The notes beneath the pieces are model-generated. The model ran no database searches. It saw only the letters and a program-made list of their open reading frames with translations, and was not told the DNA's origin. Position numbers and translations under genes: made by a program. Shown one piece after another: positions 51,488 through 63,479 of a stretch of 64,000 bases of DNA; within the stretch, counting starts at the first letter, position 1; the number at the start of each line of letters is the position of its first letter. The stretch is from Squalus acanthias (Eukaryota), in the NCBI GenBank assembly GCA_030390025.1, contig CM059432.1, positions 23,004,001-23,068,000 of the forward strand, read 5' to 3'.

Positions 51488-52363
51488 ATGATATCCCATT
51501 CTTCTCTCAGAAGAGCTGCTGTCAAATACACTAGTGACTTCTTGAAAAGCCAAGTTGTTAGTGTGGTGAGAAGAGCAGGTCATCAGCCCACACTCTCCAC
51601 ACTAGTATGTAGTGAGGGAGGATCTTAACAAGGTTAGGAACATGATTAAAAGTGGGAGCGCAAAATTCCTTCTCTGAAACCTCTGCCCAACATCTGCAAG
51701 GAATTTTGGTTGGGTTAAATTTTCATAGCAGCAGCTGAAAGATCTGAATCGGTGCAAAGCTCTTCTAATGTGTTTTATTTGGTGGGTGGGGAAGCATAGC
51801 AAATTTTAATTTTAACTTAAAGGTTTATTTTATCTTAAATTTTAAAAATATGCATCCAGTCACCCCATACATCTCATACAAATGGGGCCTGCAGCATTGA
51901 TGCACATCGAGCACCACACCCTGCATTATGATGGGCTGGGGTCTGAGGTCATCGAGTGCCCATGCACACAGGCCTCAACAGCATGATCTAGCAGTTCCTC
52001 AGGCCCATTTCTGCACTATGCTCATTGAAGCCCCAGTACTCAGTCAAAAGGGATATCCCAATAATCTGAGTAAAGCCCCTGAAAAAACATTAAATTGCAC
52101 TGAAAAATAGGCCTCTTCCTTTTAGTTGAATCTTAAAGGTGCACTGATGTTTTTAGTGTTTCTCTTTGCAAGTTCTGTTTTCTCTGTTTTTTTGCTATTG
52201 GGGAACAATTGAAGATGGTGAAATTTCTAGTAACCATCCTGAAAGCTTCTTAAAGATATCTGCAACTTTTGTCTGTGCCTGTAAGTCCAGCAAATGACAT
52301 TAGTGATTTGCAAAGAGCTATGGGAATCCTTATGGGCATACCTCTCTATTTGAAAGCTGAAGT

Positions 52364-54213
52364 AAACATAGAAACATAGAAGATAGGAGCAGGAGTAGGC
52401 CATTCGGCCCCGCGAGCCTGCTCCGCCATTTAATGAGATCATGGCTGATCATCCAAATTCAGTACCCTGTCCCTGCTTTCTCCCCATATCCCTTTAGCCT
52501 TAAGAAATATATCTAACTCCTTCTTGAATATATTTAATGAATTGGCCTCAATTGCATTCTGTGGTAGAGAATTCCACAGGTTCACCACTCTCTGGGTGAA
52601 GAAATTCCTCCTCATCTCAGTCCTAAATAGCTTTCCCCTTATCCTTAGACTGTGACCCCTGGTTCTGGACTCCCCCGCCATCGGGAACATCCTTCCTGCA
52701 TCTGGTCTGTCTAGTCCTGTTACAATTTTATAAGTTTCAATGAGATCCCTCTCATTCTTCTAAACTCCAGCGATTATAAGCCTAATCGACCCAATCTCTC
52801 TTCATAAGTCATTCCTGCCAACCCAGGTATCAGTCTGGTGAATCTTCGCTGCACTTACTCCATGGCAAGAACATCCTTCCTCAGATAAGGCGACCAAAAC
52901 TGCACACAATACTCAAGGTGTGATCTCACCAAGGCCCTGTACAACTGCAGCAAGACGTCCTTGCTCCTGTACTCGAATCCTCTCGCTATGAAGGCCAACA
53001 TACCATTTGCCTTCTTAACCGCCTACTGCACCTGCATGCTTACCTTCAGTGACTGGTGCACAAGGACACCCAGGTTTCGTTGCACTTCCCCTTCTCCCAA
53101 TCTATTGCTGTTCAGATAATAATCTGCCTTCCTGTTTTTGCCACCAAAGTGGATAACCTCGCATTTATCCACATTATACTGCATCTGCCATGCATCTGCC
53201 CAATCACCCAGCCTGTCCAAATCATACTGGAGTTTCTCTGCATCCTCCTCACAGCACACACGCCCACCCAGCTTTGTGTCGTCTGCAAACTTAGAGATAT
53301 TACATCTAGTTCCCTCGTCTAGATCATTAATATATATTGTGAATAGCTGGGGTCCTAGCGCCAATCCCTGCGGTACCCCACTAGTCACTGCCTGCCACCC
53401 GGAAAAAGACCCGTTTATTCCAACTCTTTGTTTCCTGTCTGCCAACCAGTTTTCTATCCAAGTCAGTACCTTACCCCCAATCCCATGTGCCTTAACTTTA
53501 CACGCTAATCTCTTATGCGGGACCTTATCGAAAGCCTTCTGAAAGTCCAAATACACCACCTCCACTGGTTCTCCCTTATCTATTCTACCAGTTACATCCT
53601 CAAAAAATTCCAGTAGATTAGTCAAACATGAATTACCTTTTGTAAATCCATGTTAACTTTGTCCGATCCTGTCACTGTTTTCCAAGTGCTCTGCTATTAC
53701 ATCTTTTACAATGGACTCTAGCATTTTCCCCATTACCGATGTCAGGCTTACCGGTCTATAATTCCCCGTTTTCTCTCTACCACCTTTTTAAATAGTGGGG
53801 TTATATTAGCTACACTCCAATCCATGGGAACTGTGCCAGAGTCTATAGAATTTTGGAAGATGACCAGCAATGCATCTACTATTTCTAGGGCCACTTCCTT
53901 AACTACCCTAGGATGTAGATTATCAGGCCCTGAGGATTTATCGGCCTTTAATTCCGTCAATTTCGCTAACACCATTTCCCTACAAATACTGATTTCATTC
54001 AGTTCCTCCCTCTCATTAGACCCTATGTTCCCCGACATCTCTGGGAGGTTATTTGTGTCCTCCTTTGTGAAGACAGAACCAAAGTATGTATTTAATTGGT
54101 CAGCCATTTCTTTGTTCCCCATTATAAATTCCCCTGATTCTGACTGCAAGGGGCCTATGCTTAACTTCACCAATCTTTTTCTCTTCACATATCTATAGAA
54201 GCTTTTACAGTCA
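52364..54213 (-). mobile_element. CR1 LINE, 5'-truncated and frameshifted
   Basis: KSFYRYVKRKR, DFQKAFDKVPH and FADDTK motifs. (ctatgttt)n tail. Confidence 0.92.
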
Positions 54214-54299
54214 GTAGAAAGTAGAAAGACAATCAGATCAGGAATGACAACCAGGCACTTTTGTTTCTTCGATGCTGCGTTACAGCTTATCCTCATTTC

Positions 54300-54465
54300 A
54301 CCACCCATGTTTTCAAGGTCAGGCACTTGTTTCTGTACATGTATCCTGAAGGAGACCACAACAGAACTATGGACAATCCTGCAGCCAGGCTGGAGAACCA
54401 CTTCCAGGCCAGGGATGACTGTTAGTTGTTGCGAAGATGACAACTCTTATGCAACAGGCTCCAGG
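54300..54465 (+). pseudogene. Degenerate PIF/Harbinger transposase N-terminal remnant
   Basis: Frameshifted pieces HVFKVRHLFLYM, KETTTELWTILQP, VVAKMT and YATGS follow the order I recall for HARBI1-like transposases. Confidence 0.5.
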
Positions 54466-55949
54466 GATGATTTGGCAATTGGACACTCCCAGCAAGGAGC
54501 AGCGCTCACAGTGAGCACAGCCTGCAACCCATGATTTTCCAGCCATTGATATTAATGGGCAATAAACCACGGGCTGCAGGCCTGCTATTTCCTGATCTTC
54601 CACTCCCTGGTGAGAGCGCTCGATCGTGGAATCAGCCCTACGCTACTTGTGCACAGGCTCCCGCTGCCCTCTGCACTCGCCTTGCACACAGATGGGCACT
54701 GAGCATCTCGGCCACATTGCAGGCTTCAGGCCTCCACATCTGAATCTTCCAGTGACCGGCCGCCCAATGCAATTCATCACCATTAGCTCTATTGTCTTGA
54801 TTCTTTTATCAAGGGTGCCTTGATGACTCCCTATTGGGAGGAGAAAATTGGGGAGAGAAAGGCAAACAGCTTGATGCTAGTTTAATTCATTTGAAGTCAT
54901 TTTCATTAAGCAACAGTAGGAAATAGAATCTGTGTTTTCCTTTGCACAGATCTTACACAAACTGCTGGATTTCTTCATTCAGAATCCTTTTTCCCCTACA
55001 TTGGGAGTGGCAGCTGTTAAAGGATCTCAGAGCGCTGATGAATTGGTCAGTTACAATCACAAAATTCCAGCTGACAGCCAAGTTGGTGATAAAGTATCCA
55101 CTAAATGGTGGACTTATATTTAACAGATTATTTACAGGACTGTGATTTAAACCCAATACTCGATATGGTACACTGAGTCAGTCTACTATTTAAAAATGAC
55201 AGCTGCGTTCTTTTTATAATTCACCACACTTCCCGAGAATTTCAAAAGGACAGTCAACAGGTGTGTTTCCAATTCTCCAGTCAATGTGTGACAACAATGC
55301 CCTGCAGCACCATTGTTTCACCTCTGGAACCGCCCCTTCCCCACATTTCAAACCCGGACCAGTGGCATTATGGGTAGGATGTCAGTACTGGTGCAGTTTG
55401 ACCTCTCCATCTGTTCCTGTGTAGCTCTTCACAATTTTGAATGGTTATTATTATTTGAAATCAGCTAAAGTCAGCATAATGGCCCATAAATGCTGATCAA
55501 ACTGATGTCATCCAACAAGGGATGTACTGTGGGCAAGAGAAGACACCATCTACCTCTTCCACTATAGCAGTACAGCGCAAGATGCAAGTGCTTGAGTTTC
55601 CATCCATCTGTTGCACTCCATTATGTAAAAAAAAAAGCCCAGGTTCCAGGAACTGGTGGCATTGTAGATCCAGATGTGGCTGTGGTCGTGCGGTTGCAAA
55701 AAGGGAGCCTACGCTCATTGTGAGGCTTCATATTAAAAGTGGACCCCAGACACCTACTCTTGAGCTACCATTTCTGAGTGTAAAGGCCAGAGAGTGGCAC
55801 TTGTTGGTCATTCTTCTGAAACAAAGCACAATTTTGAGCACAGGTAAAAGTATCTAATTACATAGTCAACAGTGGGGCATTACTGATGTGAATGTGTGAT
55901 TTACCACTCCACCGATCCCAATCCTTTACCTTTCCTAATTTTATATTTA

Positions 55950-56730
55950 AATAACAATAATTTGTATTTATTTAGTGCCTTTAATGTAGTAAAACATCCC
56001 AAGGCGCTTCACAGGAGCGTTATCAATAAAATTTGACACCGAGCCACATAAAGAGGCATTAGGTCAGGTGACAGAAAGCTTGGTCAAAGAGGTAGGTTTT
56101 AAGGAGCATCTTAAAGAAGTAGAGAGAGGTTGCAAGGCGGAGAGGTTTAGGGAGGAAATTCCAAACATTAGAGCCTAGGCAGCTGAAGGTTGGGCCGTCA
56201 ATGGTGGAGTGATGAGAATCGGGGGTGTGCCAAAATTGGAGGATCGCAGAGATCTTGGAGGGTTGTAGGGCTGGAGGAGGTTACAGAGATAGAGAGGGGC
56301 GAGGCCATGGAGGGATTTGAAATCAAGGATGAGATTTTTAAAATCGAGGTGTTGCCAGACCGGGAGCCAATGTTGGTCAGCGAACACAGGGGTGATGGGT
56401 AAATGGGACTTGGTGCGAGTTAGGATACAGGCAGCAGAGTCTTGGCTCAAGTTTATGGAGGGTGGAAAATGAAAGGCCAGCCAGGAGAGCATTGGAATAG
56501 TCAAGTCTAGAGGTAACAAAGGCATGGATCAGGGTTTCAGCAGCGATGAGCTGTAGCAGGGGCAGAGATGAGCGATGTTATGGAGGTAGAAGTAGGCGAT
56601 CTTGGTGATGGAGTGGATATATGCTCAGAAGCTCATCTCAGGGTCAAATAGGACGCCAAGGTTGTGAACGGTCTGGTTCAGCTTCAGACAGTGACCAGGG
56701 AGAGGGATGAGTCGGTGGCTAGGGAACAGA
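55950..56730 (-). mobile_element. L2 LINE 3' fragment
   Basis: Homologous to 11740-12540. QHWLPV motif. Confidence 0.85.
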
Positions 56731-57013
56731 GTTTTTTTGGTGTACATCTCAATCTGCAAACTTCCCCTGCAAGTACAATTATATACTTGACGTCAGGCTT
56801 ACAGGAATCAGACTTTGTGGTCTTAAATGGACAGGTTAGTTTAAACATAGCTCCATCTTAGCAGCAGGATAATACATTGCACAGTACGAGGTATAATGCT
56901 CCTCTCATTTTAAAACAGCAAATCATCCACGTTGCAATGAGCAATGCCATAGACGATCTGATGGTATTCTGTAATTATACATTGAGTAACATTTGTATTT
57001 TATGCTTCAACAG

Positions 57014-57088
57014 ATGTGCTATGTCCCAATCTGAGATTGGAGGGCAGTCAGTACAAACTACCAAATAAAGCTTCAGCTAACATCCCAG
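57014..57088 (+). CDS. COL22A1: COL22A1-like 75-nt linker exon, (N)VLCPNLRLEGSQYKLPNKASANIP(G)
   Basis: Acceptor ttttatgcttcaacag and donor CAG|gtaagt, phase 1-1. Splicing to 8990 gives LCQ-NVLCP, matching collagen XXII LCE-NVLCP. Not in the ORF track in this frame. Confidence 0.9.
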
Positions 57089-57262
57089 GTAAGTGAGTTT
57101 CATAGCAGGACATGTAATCGCAGAATCTCATATATGTCGCATTGCAGTTGGTCTATTTTTTTGACATACACAGCAACCAATCAGCATGCTTATGAGTCTT
57201 CAAACCGAGCTACTAAGAAATCTAGATCGGTAGAATGTTATCATGCTGTAGGATAAACATTT

Positions 57263-57904
57263 GGGGGTACGGTTTTCATTTTGGCAATCGGGAAATTGTA
57301 CCCAAATTGCACTTGACATTGCGCTGATTAGGTTACAGTTTCCGCTGAAATTTATTTGCGTAGTCACAACCGTAAAATCTTCCATGAACCAGCGCAATTC
57401 GGCAGCGTAATAGAACATAATTGTTTCTTTTTTTCTTCTTTCCTTTAAAAAGTATTCCTCGATGTATTTAAGAGCGGTAACCTGGGGCAATTTTATTAAT
57501 ACAGCTGAGAATGGGTTTATCAGCAAAAATAAGCAATTTTAATAACAGGTGTCCAGTGCTCCACCTGAGAGTAACCTGATTTTTGATACGGAAGTACTTT
57601 TAAAATGCGCCTACTGGTGCTTGTGCGTCTATGAAAATGAACGCAATTTGAAGAGCCTTCTCGAATCAGCGCAATCGGCAGAATCTAGCAATTTCGACCT
57701 GGGTACGTGGCCAGTTTGGTGGGTGGGGTCGGACCTGGGCAAATTGAATCTAGGAACAGCGTAAAAGATCGCGGAAAACACAAATGCAAGTGGTTTTGGG
57801 CGTATCTCACTTGTCCTTAAAATTCCCCAATTTTTGCAATGGTTCTGCCGATTCTGCCCAGATTGCGCTGATATTATTGCGGAAACAAGCGGAAACTTGA
57901 CCCC
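57263..57904. mobile_element. MITE-like element
   Basis: Termini GGGGGTACGGTTTTC / GCGGAAACTTGACCCC. CpG-rich subtermini. Confidence 0.55.
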
Positions 57905-58412
57905 ATCATTTAGCTAAAGCCAGAGAGCTTAGGCACAGGTTGGCAAAGTCAAGGCTTAGGGATCCCTATCAGTTTTCAGCAGGACCAGAGCAGCGATAAG
58001 CTTCAGCACTTCTCAACACACATGAGGGTTCCTGTTGTTTGGCCAACTAAAACCCAGCTTCCCATTGGCACATTGGCTTGCAGGATTATTGGAAGAGGTG
58101 AAAAGAATCCCAGGCCCCTTAAAGTCATCAATGAAATCAGTACTTTAAACAGAAAATATTAGTCCCTCCCACATCCTGATACACTAAGGTTTCTGTACTT
58201 TATTCATGGGGGCCAGTTCTCTGTGCTGACGGTGGTGGTGATGTCACAGGGCAGGGGCGCTGCTGCAGCACCAGATTTAAAAGGAGCAGTTCCATGGGCT
58301 GTTAGGAGCAATGCCCGGGAGACTAGGCCACAGCACACCAAATGGAACTGCTCTGCGGGCTGTGCGTTTGACACCCCTGCTTTAAATGATGAAAAAGATA
58401 ATAAAACATATA

Positions 58413-59145
58413 GGGGGAGAAATTCCCCTCGAGCCCCGTTTGGGGCGCTAAATCAGAAAAGCTGGAAAAGTTAGCGCCAGGCGCTAACCTCTTCCTCCCT
58501 CTCTGAAATTCCCATTTTCTTGCTCCAAGAGAACGCACAAGGAGGGGAAGTTGGTGACCCGGGGCAATGTGCTCAGCAGCACCACAAGTGGCCAAGCATG
58601 GCGCTGCCGCGTTGCAGGAGCGCTTCCCTGAATTAAAGGGAAGGGCCCCACCACTGCGAACTCTGCAGTTTTTTTTAAACTTACCTGGACCATCGGGGAG
58701 CAGGGGTGCTGCGCGATTAGCCAGCACTCAAGCAGAATGCCGGGCTGACCGATCGGGGCACGGACCCCGCATCTGGAGGCGCAAAAAAAAAGTTTTTTAA
58801 AATCCGACTTTTTTCTCAGGGCAGCCGGCCACCTCACCTTTAACTTCTGCCCTGCTAGCGGCCAGCCGCCCTGCTCGCGTCCCCTGCAGCAGACGCTGCC
58901 ATCGCCCGGCGCTGCTGCAGAGGGCGAAGGGGAACTTTTGTGCCAGGGGGCTACCGGGGCGATGTGCCCAGAGATGATGTCACGATCTCCGGGTGCATGA
59001 GATTGGAGCGCAACCCGGTAACGCCACCGCTAACCTCCTGCGGAATTTGTCGCGAGGCGCGGTCAGCACCGCGCCCGGGCGAAAAGGCCTTTGCGCCCCA
59101 TTAGCGCCACCCAGGGGAGGTGCAAAGGAGGGGAATTTCTCCCCC
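58413..59145. mobile_element. Harbinger-type MITE
   Basis: Perfect TIR GGGGGAGAAATTCCCCTC / GAGGGGAATTTCTCCCCC. TSD ATA. Confidence 0.9.
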
Positions 59146-59203
59146 ATATTTTTTTTAAACAATTTTCATAACATCAGCTTACTTTTGGTGTGTATTCAAA
59201 CAG

Positions 59204-59303
59204 GTTTTGACCTGATGGAGCTGTTCCGTGTGAGAAGCATTATCAAAATGAAAGATGGAGGATTTGTTCGCCTTGGAATAATGCCAGTAGTTCAGATGAC
59301 AAA
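59204..59303 (+). CDS. COL22A1: COL22A1-like first TSPN/LamG exon, GFDLMELFRVRSIIKMKDGGFVRLGIMPVVQMT(K)
   Basis: Acceptor ttcaaacag and donor AA|gtaagt. In frame with the previous exon. GFDLMxLF...V.R.G..PVVQ.T is the TSPN start of collagen XXII. Confidence 0.9.
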
Positions 59304-59334
59304 GTAAGTGACAAAATGTGGTGTATCTGGAGTC

Positions 59335-59740
59335 ACTGCACTCTATGCACTCCAGTCCATTCGATTCCATTCCAGTGCGCTCCACTCCATTCCACTTTGC
59401 TGCACTCCGGTCTGCTCCATTCCATTCCACTTTGCTCGATTCCAGTTCGCTCCACTCCATTCCACTTAGTTCCACTCCAGTGCACACCACTCCACTCCAC
59501 TGAATATGAAAAAAACAGCTCTTTAGATCACTTCATTGTTCTCCGCCTTACTGAACATCATTTCACTCCACTACTCACCAATCTACGGCATTAGATACAA
59601 ACAATTGTCTTGCACTCTATTCTATTGGACTCCAGTGGATACACTCCACTGGAAATGGCTGTGCTGTAAACGGACACCACTGCACACTACTGTGCTCCAT
59701 TTGATACCATTGCAATGCACTACTCTCCATTCCCTCACTA
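59335..59740. repeat. Degenerate (CTCCA/TTCCA)n pentamer repeat
   Basis: Seen directly, just downstream of the TSPN exon donor. Confidence 0.8.
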
Positions 59741-60955
59741 CAAAGTACTGAGGTATCAATGTGCAACTGTAATATGCCACTCCTTTGGTTCCTGATGCAA
59801 GCCATGTGTTGGGAACTGAATGGAAGCCAGCCACCTCCCCTCAGGGAGGGAGAGGAAATCAGAAGAAAAATCTGACATACTTTCCAGCATCTGGTCTCAG
59901 TGTGGCAAAGATGGAGACCCAACAACAGGTTGCCTGTTCACTCTCTTGGTAGGTGATAGCGTAAAGTATATTCAAAAAGGAGAATTTAGAGGAGTCTAGG
60001 TCACATTGTGGAAAAATGCTATACTGATGTGGTAGCATCCAATTTAGTTTCTGAGGCATATTGTTGGAAGAGTAAAGAGAGCTTTACATTGCATATAACT
60101 ATGCTTCTTAGATTTAACTACTTCACATGGAGGGTGATGAATGTATGGAGCAGACTATCTAGGAAGACAGCAGAACGAGACAGTGTTATCAAATTCAAGA
60201 GGGAGATGAAAATTATTTTGGGGATAGAAGCAGTTGATAGATATAAGAGATAGAGCATATACTATAGCAAAGGTGTCCAGGTTTTCTGTTTTCATGTAGG
60301 CTCATACCATGGAGTCTCATGCAAAGTTCAAATAGCAACAACAACTTGCATTTATATAGTGCCTTTAACATAGTAAGATGTCCCAAAATGCTTATATATC
60401 CATATTAATTCTCATTAACTGGCATATATATCAAGTTGCTGATATAACAGATCTTGGTGTCTTGATTTAGAGAATCAATGCTAAGAATGGCTCTTTCCAA
60501 ACCTACAATTCAAACAGAACAAACCAGCAAATAAGAAATATAACCTTAAGAAGTATGAGTTGCTTGGACTTTGAGGGCTGGATTGTCATTGCTCAGGTGT
60601 TACATGTGGACCACAGGGTGCATTTTGTGCACTCATGTAGTATAGTTTCCTTTAACCATGGGACCAGCCAAATGGGCTACAAAGTTTTATTCCAAGGCTG
60701 TATATCTCTATGTCTTACCAGGAGTGCTTGGTGCTGAACTGAGTGTCCAAAATAAAAAGCATCCCATTCCTTAGCACTATCATCTCTCAGTATGATGAAC
60801 ACAAACTTCACAAGCGCATTCTAATTTACTGAGGATGAGGGAACCAAAGCCGATGTGTTTAACACAATGCATGTGCAGGTTTGTCGCCTACATGTTTAAT
60901 GAGGCACTGTGTGAACATTTACTAGCCGTATTTAATCTGTCACTGCAGATTCTAT

Positions 60956-61834
60956 GACCAGGATCTTACCTGAAGAGGCGCGTTGGGGGTGGGACTGCTG
61001 CCTTTCGGGTTCTAGTCCCTCCCCCAGCGATGTCTGACGCACAGACGCTATTTTGCGTCAATTGGGCTTGTTAAGCCCACCCTGCGGGCTTACCAGCCAA
61101 TTAAGAGAAAGCCGGTGTCAGATGATGTCAGTTGATGATGCGTCATCTGCCAGTTTTCTTAAAGGGGCCACCACCGTTTCTTTTTGACAGATGATTTTTT
61201 CAGTGTTTGACAGCATTGAGGTGCTGCAAACACTGACAATCACTGTACAAAGGTGAGCCCTTGCATCCAGGCTCTCCGGTGACTCTCTCCTTAGGCTAAA
61301 ACAGATGGCAGCTGCAGGTGAGGTTACAGAAGCGATCTGTCACTGGTGAGAGAGGTTCTCCCAATGAGGTGGGACTACACAAACGCTTCAAAGCTTGTCA
61401 CATACAGAAAATTCTAAACACATTAAAAATGACTTTCCCAACATTTTCTTACCTCTGCAACCCACCAGTGTCCCATTGGATCCTTCACACCACTTCTGCA
61501 GCTGTCATCAATGCACAAACCTTACAGTAGGCCCACAGCACGCCACACTTACCCTGGCGAGGTTTCCCAACATCGGGAAGCCCGCAGTAGAAGTGTCAAA
61601 ATTGCAAAAAGCCTCTTAACTGCCTGTTAACTACCTGTTAACAAGCAGTTAAGTGGCTATAATCCTCTTCCTGCTGCTAGGAGTCGAGTCCCTGCGCAAA
61701 TCGGGGACCCAACTCCCGGGAAGATTGATTGGAGGCGGGTTGGAAGCGGGTTCAGGACCCGCTGCCAATCTTTTTGATTTTGCCAGCAGTCCCGCCTCCA
61801 AATCCGACTCTTGAGCGCCGGCAAAATCGCCCCC
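60956..61834. mobile_element. Degenerate Harbinger-derived element
   Basis: Imperfect TIR GACCAGGATCTTACC / GGCAAAATCGCCCCC flanked by TAT on both sides. Confidence 0.55.
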
Positions 61835-62030
61835 TATCAGTCTGCAATATCTGAACAAAGGACGTGCAGTAAAGATTATACTTCTAAAGTGCTCCAATTT
61901 GTTAGTTCAAAAATGAAAGACTTGAAGTCTTTGTGGTGTCTTTTAGAACAAATGAACCAGATTAAAGTTGACCCTTTGATGTTAACATGCAGTGGATGTG
62001 AAGAAATCAATCTAAAATCCCACACTCACT

Positions 62031-62767
62031 GGGCTAGAAATTCCCCTCGAGCCCCATTTGGGGCGCTAAATCAGAAAAGCTGGAAAAGTTAGCACTAGCC
62101 TTTCTAAAATTCCCACTTTTTGCTCCAAGAGGGAAGTGGAATGCTAAATCAAGCGCTCCACTTCCTTCTTGGGGTGCAAGATGGGGGAAATTCGCGACCC
62201 GCGGCGCACAGCTCAGCAGCGCCACGCACTGGGCCGCGTGGCACTGACGCGTTGCAGGGGCTCTTCCCTAAATTAAAGTGAAGGGCCCCATGCTGCGAAC
62301 TCTGCAGTTTTAAAAAAAAAATTACCTGCAGCACCGGGGAGCGGGGGTGCCGCGCGATCAGCCCGGCACTCAAGCAGAGTGCCGGGCTGACCGATCACGG
62401 AACGGACCCCGCATCCGGAGCAAAAACAAAATTTTTCAAAAAAGCTGACATTTTTTTCAGGGCGGCTGGCCACCTCACCTTTAACTTCCGCCCTGCTTGC
62501 GTCCATTGCAACAGTCGCTGCCATCGCCCGGCACTGCTGCAGGGGGCGAAGGGGAACTTTTCTGCTGGGACGCTACCGGGGTGATGCGCCCGGAGATGAC
62601 ATCATACTCTCCGGGCGCATGAGATCGGGGCATAACCCAGTAGCGCCGCCGCTAACCTCCCACGGAATTTGTCGGGAGGCGCAGTCAACGCCGCGGCCAG
62701 GCGAAAAGGCCTTTACGCTCCGTTAGCGCCCCTCACGGGAAGCGCAAAGGAGGGGAATTTCTCCCCC
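62031..62767. mobile_element. Harbinger-type MITE, second copy of the 58413 family
   Basis: GGGCTAGAAATTCCCCTC / GAGGGGAATTTCTCCCCC. TSD ACT. Colinear with 58413-59145. Confidence 0.9.
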
Positions 62768-63479
62768 ACTGTGTTTTAAAGAAACATTGAAAACATTAGA
62801 GTTTGACACATTCATTTTTCTATAAATAAACTTCCATTTTTTTTTGTTTTGCTGTGGCAGGTCAAATGTCAATTTAACTGACTCCCACTTCTTCTTCATT
62901 TGACCCATGTTATCTGTGCTGTCAGAAATAGGGGACATGCATACAGAATGAACAAGCCTCAAGCAAAATTTGAGATTGGAAGCATTCTCTTCGCACAATG
63001 CAGTAAAAATGTTAAATAGATTCCTAACTAAACAGAAAATATTATATTGATTGACTCATTTTAGAAAGAGCTGGATGAATATTTCAGTTAGGTATGGGAC
63101 TGAGGATCGAAATAGGTAAAGTAAAAAATGTCCTTTCAAACATTATAAGGCTGCAAACCTACTAGGAATGTTATCTATGGAATGCAAGCGGTCAAGGTTG
63201 GATAATATAGATTTTCATGACAGATGGGTGTCTTGGAGCTTTTGTTTCACTGCCTTTGATGGTCAGGGAGAAATTTCACAGAACTTTATCTACCGATTCA
63301 GCTTCCTTTAAGGGGTTAAGTAAATAGAGTCCATTGTTGTGGTTATTGTACTTTGTTCAAAAGAACAGCTTGAATGAGCTGAATGAATGCCTTTTTTGAT
63401 TCATATTTTGCTGTGTCCTTACCTTTTTGATGCTAGGATTAGAGTTCGGATTATGATGAGGTTTAGAGTACAGTTTGAG

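Noticed and set aside
53748..54443. 231-aa ORF as a host gene
   Set aside because: CR1 ORF2 fragment extended by chance into flanking sequence.
58675..58690. ACTTACCTGG as a U1 snRNA 5' end
   Set aside because: Only the short motif matches. It is more simply a - strand splice donor within the MITE.
59179..59594. Repetitive ORFs (WNGVE / STPLH)
   Set aside because: Translations of a pentamer simple repeat.
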